64,000 nucleotides of DNA, from positions 496,001-560,000 of the forward strand of contig JAQFVV010000006.1 in the NCBI GenBank assembly GCA_028023455.1, read 5' to 3'. Every line of letters begins with the position of its first letter. Positions within the stretch are counted from its first letter, which is position 1. Positions 1-11,506 of this stretch are shown in pieces. Source of the stretch: Epiperipatus broadwayi. Its lineage: Eukaryota; Animalia; Onychophora. The notes beneath the pieces were generated by a model. That model was given only the letters and a program-made list of their open reading frames with translations, had not been told where the DNA came from and did not search any database. Position numbers and translations under genes: made by a program.

Positions 1-24
1 CACGCAGGTTGTCAGTGGAAGTTG

Positions 25-56
25 TATGTGTGTGTGTGTGTATATATATATATATA
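25..56. repeat. (TG)n(TA)n microsatellite
   Basis: Directly visible dinucleotide runs. Confidence 0.85.
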
Positions 57-2481
57 GAAATTATAATGAATGCATCCTTTTATTTCAAACACAGGATTAT
101 AGATATTGGAGAAAATATTCAACAGGTTTGCGAATGATTAAAAGATATCTTATTTTTAATAAACTGAACTTCTATATCCAAGATTAAAAAAATATTAAAA
201 TTCTGCATATTAATAAAATCAATTTATGCAATATTCAAAAATGATTTAAATATTGACAAAATTACATGCATAAAGGCAATAGTAATAACATATATTAAAA
301 AATATATATTTACAATATTAAATACATTCCAGATACTAAGCACCATTGTCAAGTATAGCTTGCCATTAAAAAAATTTCAAGCCTAATCAAAAAAAAAAGT
401 GAATAATTATTTATATATAGATAAACTACCATCAATCCAAACGCTGCTAATTTGAAAATTTTTATTATTTGGATAGAATTACAAAATACTGCTATGATTT
501 TTAATTACTACAATTCAAAAATTTTGTGCAGATATATAAGGATATTTTGCATTTGAAAGTGTTATATTATTAATAAAATTAATTAATATAGTATATAAAA
601 ATATTTATAATTAATTTTTATTAGCGATTTATATGTAATCATGTGGAGAAAAAGCAGAACATTCAAACATGCGCTATTAGTATTAATTGGCTTGCACTCA
701 CTCATCAATACTAACAGCGCATGCCCCCACATGAATACATACAAATCATTAATAAAAATTAATTACAGATATTCAAAATTAAAATAATTCAAACGTGAAT
801 GAAAAAAAATGAGATACTGTCTCTTTCCTAGGATGTATAGAATTAAATTTGCACAAATACTTGATCATTTGATTTATCAGGCTCATAATAGAATCAAATC
901 CTGAATTAAGCATGGGCAATAGATATAAATTTATATAATAATAAGTTCTAAGCATAGGCGATGCACCTACGCAATTAATACCAATAGCGTACATCTAAAA
1001 AAAGTATTCACATATAACTGCTAAATTATACATATAAATAAATTTGAAACAAAAATTCTAATCATTGTACATAATAAACTTCTTACTTCAGTTGTCAAAC
1101 GACATGAAAAAATTGATTGAAGTTGACATCTCTTCAAATTTAGTTACATCTATTTCAAATTGCACTAATTTATATATTAAATAAATTACAGACAATCACA
1201 TTAATATTCATTAAATTTTCAATGAAATTTAATTTACAATAAAGAAGAAAAGATTTATGGTTAAAATTTGAAAAATTCACAAATTCAAAAACACCCTGGG
1301 GGCCAGGACTTTCAAATTAATGATAGTTTATATGTATTACGTCAGTGAAGATTATTGTAAAAAATTGCCTGTTGAAAATATGGCTTTTATAATGTAACCT
1401 TATATATATATACATATTGTGGCAGAATGAATGTCTAGAGTTGTGGAGAAGACAATCATCATCATTCCCACTGAACCAGCATTTGATAAAAATAAGCCAT
1501 TATGCTAATAATAATTTACACCATCAGCATTGAAAATGAATAATCAACGGCCATTCCTAGGCTTCCCAGCCTCAATCATCCAATTAACAACCTTGATGTC
1601 ACAAAGCCTTCCTTCTTCATACAGCCTCATGTAACACAGGGACTGAGCATAGACTATCTTTCTTAGGGTTCTCCACACTTCCTACATCTCAGACAGATAG
1701 ATTTACATTGCCATTGTCGGGGTTTGATTATCACGATCTCCTATAAGTGCTGCTATATTTATTTAGTGTCAGTGCTTAGGGCATGTATGAAGCGGTGTAT
1801 ATCTGTACGCAAATATACTTGCTTCAATATGTATTTGATTATGTCATTTAATTGAGGTTCTGATAATTTTAGTACAATGGTAGTGGAAAATTGAAAACTA
1901 AAGATTCCAGGATCATCAGAGATCAATCAATCACTTATGAAACTCAAAAATCACATGATGTAAGCAACTAGCACAATAGATTATTATTTTATTTGATGTA
2001 AAATATCTATTGATGTTATTATGAGTATAAGCCATAAAATATACACTATTCACTTTCCTATATGAAAAATATGTTTGTATATTTAACTTACTTTATTTTT
2101 TCTAACATATGTTTTCATATAAAGTTATCTGCCCCAAACCAATTTTAAATAATAAGGAAATAATCTAATGTATGAATTTGATCATCATCAATAATAGGAT
2201 GCTACTGCTTGCCACCCTCATAATTTATTCTACTGTATCAACATTACAATAAATAAATAATATTCTACAACACACCTACGTTATATCAAAGGGATTCTGT
2301 ATCCAGGAAATCACACTTCCATCCTTTAATTCTGACTCAGATTCTTTTCTTCTTTGTATTACTGTCTTTGTTCCCCCCCCCCCCTTATAGAGATAGAATA
2401 GCCATACTATTTTACAAATGTTTGCTAATAGTGATAATGATGACGAACACAATCTAATGATAAACTTGCTTTTATTAAAAT

Positions 2482-2782
2482 GATTCCCACACACAGCAAG
2501 CTAGAGTAATCAATGGATGCCAGAAGGTATGTGCATAAAATCCCCATCTAGTGCCTACTTATCCAATATCCCCAGACTAGTTTCTGGCTTGTGGCCTTCG
2601 TCAGTGAGAAGCCTTGGATCTGAGAGCGGGATATTGGATGAGTAGGCACTAGATGGGGATTTTATGCACAAGCCTTCTGGCATCCGTGTGTGGCAATACG
2701 GATAGTGAGTTTTATCTGTTTTAACAACAGCTATACACAAGCATAAGAAGTGGTGGTCATGTGATGTTTATTGGCTTAAAAT
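2482..2782. mobile_element. Family A hammerhead repeat, fold-back copy
   Basis: Contains intact HHR plus an inverted second copy of atattggatgagtaggcactag...; flanked by imperfect direct repeat ttgctttta(a)ttaaaat (2466-2481 / 2783-2799). Confidence 0.85.
2569..2610 (-). ncRNA. Minimal type I hammerhead ribozyme, family A, intact core
   Basis: Minus strand ttctca-CTGACGA-a-GGC-cacaa-GCC-a-GAAA-CTAGTC-tgggga; core at 2604-2575. Confidence 0.85.
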
Positions 2783-3227
2783 TTGCTTTTAATTAAAATT
2801 TGTTGTTAATTCGGTACAGCGGGTCCAACAGTAGCAGTAACACATTACATAAAGTTTGATAAATAATAAGTCCTATTTTTAAAATTTGAAAAATTATTTT
2901 TTATCATTTCACCTAAAATTTCAGCTATAATGGAATCAGCCTGTTCAATTATTGATTAAACCAACTTTGTGATTTTCACATGACTTTTTATTTATTCATC
3001 AAAATATTATTTATCACTATATTGATATATATATATACACACACACAATTAGACAAAGTAATTGATGATGAATTTCGGCTAATTTAACACAATATTCATG
3101 CTATAGTTATTATATAAATATCACAGAAACTAATAATAAAGATAAAAGCATTTCAAGCATTTTCTATTAGCTTATTATTTAATTGAGATGTGTTATATAA
3201 TAGCCCAACTATTAAATACAAGACTCA

Positions 3228-3265
3228 AAATAACTGGTTTCAAGGAAACCCCCTTCATCAGCTGT
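3228..3265 (-). ncRNA. Degenerate hammerhead-like motif, family B
   Basis: Minus strand CTGATGA-AGG-gggttt-CCT-t-GAAA-ccagtt; same repeat as 50760-50860. Confidence 0.5.
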
Positions 3266-3949
3266 AATTAAGTAAACTTTACAGAATAGCAATATCTTAA
3301 ATTCTTTTAAGATGTAGACATGTTTAAGTGTTTTTTTATAATTTATTTTATAGAAATCAAGACAAATTTACAACATTTAAAAAAACATTATACATTTAAA
3401 CCGAGGGTCAAATTTTAGTCACCAAACCAATACCAAGTAAACAATTTAGCTTATTTAAATGGAAAACTAGTTACTTAAAATCTGATAACAATTTCAAACC
3501 AACTATTGTGTCTATCTAAATTTAAAATAGTCCTCACAAAAATTGATTTAATGTAGTATTCAAGTAAATAAATTATCATCATTATTATTAGTTAGCTGTC
3601 AAAAAAAAAAAAAAGCTTACAAACTATTCCAAAGAGCCTTTACCAAACTTTTTTATCCCCTGCTCAACTTTTCAAACTCGTACAACTTTGGACAAATTTC
3701 CACCATCTACTTGAATTGTTAAATGTATTTAGAAATATTCAAACTTTATTTTATCTTTTCAAAAACAGTTAATAACATGCATATTAGTAAAGAATATGAC
3801 ACTACATTGTGCCCTATTCTAATCTGTGGCATATTATTAATAATTAAATTTATTAGGAAAAGTAAAAAAATAATTTAAATTTTCCTGAAAACATTCAACA
3901 ATTTAACAAGATGGTGGGAAAAGTCCGACATTTAACTAAAAATAAAATG

Positions 3950-4260
3950 CTACTATTACAAATCTTCTGACAAAATCTCATGAAAGTAATCTGTTTTCTC
4001 CCACCCCCACCCTGTCTCACCCTTTACAACATCTGTAATTAATCCATTTAACTCTAAACAATTGCCCAATCATTCTGCATGGTTCGATGCAGTGGTAATT
4101 TGGAGATTAAAGTCTGTTGATCACATCCAAAGTTCCAATTCCTTATGAACTTTCAAGCAACAAAACCAAATAATTCAATCCCGCTTTTTAATTTTCTTTA
4201 AAATGCTCTTTCACTGATACTCAATCCTATTTCCCATATCTTTTCTGCTTTTCCTCTTCT
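3950..4260 (-). mobile_element. Highly decayed RTE-like LINE 3' end
   Basis: Translates to SILKKIKKRD*IIWF...GLITDVVKGETG.G, resembling the RTE C-terminus; several stops. Confidence 0.4.
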
Positions 4261-4966
4261 TCATAATCTCCAAAAACATTTATTAAGCCTCATTTTTTTT
4301 TAATTTAGTCGATTCACAAAGTAACTTTGTCTCCCTTTAAAAAAAAAAACTATTTAGCTATGAAATTTTCATTATGACTCCCACTGTAGCATTCAAAAAA
4401 TGCACCTGCATTTAGAACCAACATGAAAATTGGTCCATAAAACAGCAATAAGAAAACTGTCAATGGATCATATCTGAATTTCAAAGGGTTTGATGGAAAG
4501 TCAAAGGGCATATCACAAATGATCAAAAGATAGATCTTAAAATAATTCCAAAATAATCCGCAGATTCAAGCCAAACCTTATTATAAAAATCCATAGAACA
4601 TGGACTACATATTCAAAAATAATAGTCTGCACCTTTATGAGTATAATATAAATCGTTTTACATATATTACATCGTATTCTTCACCAATCCCCTATCCCAT
4701 TTTATAATCACTGGACAAAAAATAAATAACTGATCAGTAAGACATGAAGGAAATGGATTGATTTAGAAATTTAGATTATTTCAATCACAGATGCAAACAG
4801 ATATAAAAAAAAATTCTTAAATGTTTTGGGTTTATTAAAGTATATATTCGTATTCTTCTCCTTCATTTTCTTTGCATTTCTTCATATATTCATATATATT
4901 GCTTATAATAACTTCTTTCATATACATTTTAATGCAAAAAAAAAAAAATTAATAAAACTTATTTAT

Positions 4967-5010
4967 TTTCCTGACAGTTTCAACTGTCCAGCAGTCTTCA
5001 TCAGAGCTTT
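4967..5010 (-). ncRNA. Hammerhead ribozyme-like motif, family D (inverted partner)
   Basis: Minus strand CTGATGA-agactgctggacagtt-GAAA-CTGTC-agg; core at 5004-4973. Confidence 0.65.
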
Positions 5011-5042
5011 CTCAAAAAAAAAAAAAGCAGAGAAAATTTGAG

Positions 5043-5085
5043 AAAGCTCTGATGAGACTGCTGGACAGTCGAAACTATCAGAAAA
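5043..5085 (+). ncRNA. Hammerhead ribozyme-like motif, family D
   Basis: CTGATGA(5049-55)-GACTG-ctgga-CAGTC-GAAA-ctatc: perfect 5-bp stem II between intact core boxes; stems I and III weak. Confidence 0.7.
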
Positions 5086-5534
5086 TAAAGAAGTTTTATT
5101 AAAAAAAATTTTTGCATTAAAGTGTATATGAAAGAAGTTATTATAAGCAATATATATGTTTTGGGTTTGATAGCAGTTCCGAAATAATTGTGCGTCAAGG
5201 TCATATAATTTAGCATAAAGATTTTTAAAATTATATAGCTATGTCCATAAGTAAATCAGTCCTTAAAAGTTAGTCAAAGGTTGCAATAGTCTAGTGAAGG
5301 ATAAAGTAGGTGTGAAGATTGAGAAGTTTTTCTATTTTTGTTTTATTATTCTCTAGTTAAAAATAACCAGGTAACCATTTATGGACTAATATTGGATAAT
5401 TAACTAGATTTGTTATAGGTCAACTATAGGAGAACAAAAGTTTTCAAATATCAAAGTGCAAATGCAAAAACAAGTCATAGACATAAGTAGGCAAATATGC
5501 TACTACTTTGAACCCTTGAGCTGTATATAGATTG

Positions 5535-5789
5535 AACCACTAAACATCATATGATCACCATTTCTTATGCTTGCTCATAACTGTTATTAAAACAGGCAAA
5601 ACTCTCCATACAGTAGTGCCACTTAGAACAAGCAGAGCAGATGCTCTCAGATCCAAGCCAGAAACTAGTCTGGGGATATTGGATGAGTAGACACTAGATA
5701 GGGATTTTATGCACAAGCCTTCTGGCATCCATTGATTAATCTGGCTTACACTGAGTGGCACTACTGTATGGAGAGTTTTGCCTGTTTTT
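5535..5789. mobile_element. Family A hammerhead repeat, fold-back copy (HHR 5' half deleted)
   Basis: Arms aaacaggcaaaactctccatacagtagtgccac / gtggcactactgtatggagagttttgcctgttt; perfect 13-bp TSD tgtatatagattg at 5522-5534 and 5790-5802. Confidence 0.88.
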
Positions 5790-6018
5790 TGTATATAGAT
5801 TGTTAAGTAAACCTCTCAGTTATAATAATTTGAAACCCATATGTATGAGATTTTTTATTTCATATAGTGTCCTAATATTATGTGTTTAATTCCATAATAT
5901 ATCCTTTCAATCACTATTGTAAACATTTTGCTTCATAATTAAATTGAAAGTAAGCATTTACACACACACACACATATAAACAATGATTTCAACTAGTTTT
6001 TTAATATGATTTCTTCAC

Positions 6019-6131
6019 CTCATTCACAAAGTTATCCATTTCCACTAAACAGCGAATGTAAAATCTTGGTACTCCCTCTTTATCAACTATTTGTTTAGCT
6101 TTCTGGTAAGCCTTGATCATATTTTCCATAC
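6019..6131 (-). CDS. EIF3C: eIF3c coding exon 4 ([37 protein letters not shown])
   Basis: Conserved [10 protein letters not shown] motif; 142-nt upstream intron with GT..AG; donor at 6018. No next exon found in 1-6018, so the gene continues beyond the window. Confidence 0.95.
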
Positions 6132-6273
6132 CTGTAAAATAATTTTATGATGCCTTATTTATTTAACAGTACTAAGCAGATAAATATTAATTGTTTTTGT
6201 ATATCTAAATTTATACCAAAAATTTAAAGACAATTAAATTTTCATCATTATATATATAATTAAAAGTTTTTAC

Positions 6274-6350
6274 CTTGTAAAACTTTCCCCATGTCTTTAA
6301 TTTTTTTGTGATTTTTAATTTTGCGAATAATTTCTTTTAGTTCATCGAAC
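6274..6350 (-). CDS. EIF3C: eIF3c coding exon 3 (FDELKEIIRKIKNHKKIKDMGKVLQ)
   Basis: Conserved RF(D/E)EL...I.NH.KIKD segment; canonical splice sites; 77 nt, frame consistent. Confidence 0.95.
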
Positions 6351-6424
6351 CTAAAATAAATAACAAATCATTCAACTTCTAGTTTAAATATTACAAGACC
6401 AGCTTCTCACATTAGTGCCATCTA

Positions 6425-6640
6425 GCATAGCATTAAGTAAGGGCATATAAAATTCCTATCCTTAGCACTTAAATGATCACCCTTAGTCTAATTGTAAATC
6501 TACGCTCCTTTGAACTTTTGAGTGCAAAGCCTCACTGTTAAAGGCAAAAGCCAGAAATTGGTCTATGGATAGATTTTAATAGTAAAGGATAGGTATTTTA
6601 TACGCATCTGATTACTCAAGCTTACACTAGAGTGAAAAAC
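6425..6640 (+). mobile_element. Older, diverged family A-like copy with decayed hammerhead
   Basis: ctca-ctgttaa-aGGCaaaaGCCa-GAAA-ttggtc (6535-6563), followed by sequence resembling the family A 3' region (gatagg..tttat..gattactcaagcttacact.gagtg). Confidence 0.55.
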
Positions 6641-6779
6641 TGTTCCCATTTTACTTAAATATGCATACATTATTAAAAACAATTATATGCATCAATATAT
6701 AATAAAGTCAAATGAAATGAAAGAGTATAGGTAACCATTTCAATAACACTGATATCATTATTTAAAAACAGTTTATTTT

Positions 6780-7140
6780 GTTCTTTATTACCAGTGAATC
6801 ATTTCCTGCATGGTTGATGTCAAATAGTTCTGCATCAAATCTTGCATTGCCACACCTCTACAGGGGTTGTTCATATTCCATTTCAAAAATTAACTTTAAC
6901 TATCACATAGTAGTCGTCATTATTTTGTCAAATTATGAAAACTACCAAGTTTACCACAATTATAATAATTCTGTCATTTAAATGTAATAAATTAAAGGCA
7001 ATACTGATCCATACACTCAGAGAAAAGGTCAAACACATTAAATGCAAATTTAATGCATTTTCAGTGCTGAACATCCCTGTCAAAGGCACTGCAAAAGGCA
7101 TTAAGTTGGTATGCACTATTTTCAACGTTTTCTCTAAGTA
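6780..7140 (-). mobile_element. Decayed non-LTR RT fragment
   Basis: AFDRDVQH and downstream spacing resemble the LINE RT KAFD.V.H ... GVPQGS..LF blocks; many stops. Confidence 0.45.
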
Positions 7141-9116
7141 TATGGATCAGGATTGTCTTTAATTTATTAATTTTGTAATAAAAAGTGGATTAAAACACCC
7201 ATAATGAACCTATAAATTTTATTGGTCTTTCAGAATAACTTTTAGATTCCACAAAAATATCCTTACTTTTATAAAAATGTAGCATCAAATTAAAGAGAAA
7301 GGATTTCACCTTTTTGATATATGACCCTTACTGATTTTTATAATAGCTCAATGATGCTGTGTTGAGTACAGAGGAAATTCTCAACCCAAACATAAGATAG
7401 AGAGACTTTATAAAGATAAGAGTGGGCATCTTATCTTTAACCTAAATTCTGATTTATATAGGTCAGCCTGAAGCATTTTGATTTGAGAGGGTGAAGATGT
7501 TATTCTGATCCCTTTTATATCCATTACTTTCTTACAGACATTAAACATTCGTGAAATCTTTCGATTTACTACATGTTCTATTATAAATTAATAGAAAGAA
7601 TATCAAAAAAATGCAGCGCACACATCCTAATGAAACCTGAAGGCCGAATCACATAATACAATACTGATTTTGCAATCAGCACACTATCATTTATCAGATA
7701 AGATTAACTTAGGATCTTTATTCACCACTAATAAGAGCCAAACGCTTATTTACTGATCAATATCAAATAGCTAGCTAGCTTAGAAAAAAAAAATCTTTAG
7801 CCTCCTTATAACCTAAAAAGATTTTCATGCACTACTTGTCCTAAACTCATACTCTAGATAATGAATATGATAGATGAAGGCATAAACATTACACCAGGGG
7901 CGGTTTCCATTGTACTTTTAATTATTACAAATAATTTCATAAATGCTAGTGATTGTGCGGATTATTCAGAGTAATTTTATCAAATTTGAACTTTAGGACA
8001 ATTGCTAAATCAAGAAATTCCAATGGCCATCAATGTTACCTAATAAAAAATGCAAAGTTGTTGTATAAGAACACCAAAACTCAACTTTTGCCTAACTTTA
8101 ATTATGAGTAAATCAAAAAAATTATGAACTTTTGAGGCAGTGACATAGTAATGCATGTTTTTTCTTTTATGATCACATTTACAAAGGCCTTTCATTGAAA
8201 GAATTTTTTTTCAAAGTTTATATTACTGTATTTGAATTATATTTCTATTGATAGTATTAAAGTAATTAAAATTTTTGTAATTAATAAATGTATTCTGCTC
8301 CTAATAAATAAAAGAAAAAAGATACTCTTTCTTTTTTTTTAACACTATCAAGTTAAATTATTATTCAACTTTTATAAAACAAGTAAAGCCAATTTGCTGC
8401 TAATGAATACTATATCCCCCCTCCCTATTTTTCATACCATTAAATTGATTTGATTATTTAACTTTGATCATAATAATGAAGGAATAAAATTAGTTTATTG
8501 TCAATATATAAAAAGATATTGATCACCCCTGTCTTTTTTTATCCATTAAGTTGAATTATTATTCAACGTTGTGATTTGTACAAAAAAGCAGTAGTCAGTT
8601 TGCTGCTAATGAATGGAAAATGATATCCGGGCCTTTTTTTCTTATTATTACTACGATGAATTATTTAATCTTGATGAGTATGATTGATTCCAAATATTTT
8701 TCTATGCTTTTTGGATATATGATATATTTTTATCTAAAAACAAATTTATATAAGTCAATGAAGTACTCAAATACTGCTAACTTATAAACAAAATTTAGGC
8801 TTTGAATTCCACATTAGAAAACATAATTTACCAACATAAACTGGTCAATTGATAAAATTAAATTGTCAGCTGTAGGATAAAGGAGCATATAAACTGATTA
8901 AGTTATAGCATATATTTTAAATATCAATGAAGTCAATTTTTTAAGATAATATGCTATATAATTAAACAAGATCTACTAAATCAGATACTAAAATTATTAA
9001 TGAAATATCCCCTTTCTTTCATATGTAATTTTATTTCTTCGTAACCTTAAATATATATTAAATGCTTAATGTTTGTAATTTAAAAATTCGGAGGAATTTT
9101 TAAAAGTAAGGATTTT

Positions 9117-9268
9117 CAACAATTTTAATAAATAAAAATTATATATACAATTTATATGCACAGATAAATGTATATGGCATGATTACCTTAGCAACAATTT
9201 TAATAAATAAAAATTATATATACAATTTATATGCACAGATAAATGTATATGGCATGATTACCTTAGCA
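9117..9268. repeat. Perfect 75-bp tandem duplication
   Basis: caacaattttaataaataaaaatt...gattaccttag repeated at 9117 and 9192. Confidence 0.95.
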
Positions 9269-11506
9269 AATGTAATTAAAATTCTTATAAACAGATCGAT
9301 TAATTAAAGAGAATAAGCATTTGATGTAATTTAGTGTGGTGATCCAGTCAAAGATAAAATTTTAAATATTGTGATTGTAAGCCACAAACCAAATCAGAGT
9401 TCAGGGGTTATCTTCTACCAATAAATCAATGGATTGAAATGACAAATGAAGGATTCGATTTTGCTGATAAGCCAACTCCATGAACTATAAATAGAGATTA
9501 TAAATCATTGTAATTATTATTGCTTATTGCTGAAGTATTATTGCTGATATACTTTGATTTCATTGTGTTGATCTTTCTTGGTTGGGCTTTCAGTATATTT
9601 AACACGCCTGGTGCAGAGAAGCGGCATCTGCTTCGCTCTGGCCACCTGGCAGAATGCAGGCCGAAAGCCCACAAAGAAGTACGAAAAATGTAGAAATATC
9701 TTAAGAAGCATTGTGTCAATTATATGCCTAAACTTCAAGTGTCGACTGCTTTGGGAAGAAACCAGTTGTCAATCAACAAGTAAATTACCATCTGATACGG
9801 CCTGATTAAAACCTACAGCTGCCATACCTATGGTTGGACAATTGAAGACTACTAAAAGTATACCAATACCTGAAGTTCCAGCTGAAATTCTTAGTGATAA
9901 AATGGAATGGATATGAATGTTAAAATATATTGTTATAGTGCTACCATTAAGTATTTATCTCCCTTATCCTGAAATTATTCTCATAAATTATTGTTATTAT
10001 TGATTTTGTAAATCTGTTTATAAACTACTATGACAGGAGCTTGCTGTTTTGTTTTATGTAATCATACTACAATTCAGAGAGCATAAATTTCAAAGAGTAA
10101 CTTATTATAAAAAGCAATTAGCTTATTATCGCAATCTCTGGTCATGCTTTTAAAGACGTCGTATTTTAAAACCAGTCATGTCCACTTCTTGCAAATATAG
10201 AACAGGTTGCATAGAAAGAACAAATTAAAAATGTTTTTTTTTATTTTTTATCTTTTAATAGTTTACAGTTTTAAGCAAAATATCCTCCAGGCTTAGGGAA
10301 TGATAATTTGTGTATTGATATAAGTGGACTGTTGTAACCTTTATTTCGGGCTGTTTTGTTTATATATGAATTTCATTTGTATGTATTTTATCTATTCATG
10401 AACGATTGTAATGCCTATTGCGATTGCCGGCCTACCATATATCATCTGCTTTATTTTTTGTACATGTCTTGGATGATACCATTTGTAACTGCTTCTCCCT
10501 CTTACACTTTGTACCCCTTTAAATAGTATGCGATAGAAGCACATTCCCTATCGTATAGCGTGTTCCTAGCGCATTTTTATTTATTTATTCATAAATAATG
10601 TAATGCAGATGTTTTCTTGTATCTTACATTTGCTTATATAGCATTTAAATACTTATCTGCAGTACAGCCTGGAAGTTTTTATGGCAGTCCAGTTCTTTAA
10701 AAAGTTTATGAAATGATTTATCATCATTAATGAATTTATCGTATCCTCAAACTAGAGATTTATTAAATATTAGACTGTAATAATAAATAGTTGTGTTCAC
10801 TGATTTATGCAACAAGTTTATATCAGTTCAGAAACAATTAAGAATGTATTATACCATATTATATTGTATTTTATCTGTGCATAAAATTAGCTAACCATAT
10901 TATAATTTGTTTGTAAAATGATAGGGCAGTCAATTTATGCTATCGTGGGTGTGTTATAAAAATGTATATATGTGAATAAATTGTAGTGTCCCATTATTTG
11001 TTGCATTTGTCATTATTTTAAAATCAATAATTTAATTAGAATATGATCGACTCATGCATCTAGCTAATCTTAGCAGGCCATAAAAAGAAAATGTGTATTC
11101 TGTGATGCCGGAATTGGAGATCCCACGCAAATTGCCCTTGGGTGAGATATATATTTTGTCAGTTACAATATACATATATATAATTGATTGAACATCACAC
11201 AAAAACATATATTATTAATGTTAATTTTATGCCCTCTATAGAAATTTACTATAAACTTTCAAATAACCGGATTTGATGAAAAATAACCAGTCATTGCTGG
11301 ATATGTTTCTATCAATAACTGATGTCATTAACAGCTTGAAAATTAAAATGCTACCAAACATAATAATGGATTTCTATTAACCTCCAAGATTCAATTTTGA
11401 TATTAAAGTTTGAATGTAAATTTAGTAATTAAGACAAGGCAGAGTCTTTAATCAAATACATTTTTCAATAACCTTGTGTTGAGTATATAGCTTTTCTGCA
11501 AAGCTT

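Larger units (their letters stand above)
4834..5155. mobile_element. Family D palindromic mini-element with two head-to-head hammerheads
   Basis: Inverted arms 4891-5016 and 5037-5158; 13-bp TSD atgttttgggttt at 4821-4833 and 5156-5168; decayed homologue at 47580-47612 (-). Confidence 0.85.

Noticed and set aside
2276-2494. ORF ending in WIQNPF, resembling a hAT/Buster transposase motif
   Set aside because: A single short motif with no other supporting blocks.
3612-3712. Possible next eIF3c exon (AG...GTAAGC on minus)
   Set aside because: In-frame stop and no similarity to the expected eIF3c continuation.
9583-9671. HDV-like ribozyme or box C/D snoRNA interpretation of the GC-rich island
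   Set aside because: No room for P3/L3 between candidate P2 and P1 strands; a CTGA sits by the 3' stem on minus but there is no box C.
10387-11148. Possible solo LTR (TGTAA...TTACA)
   Set aside because: No TSD and no second copy in the window.
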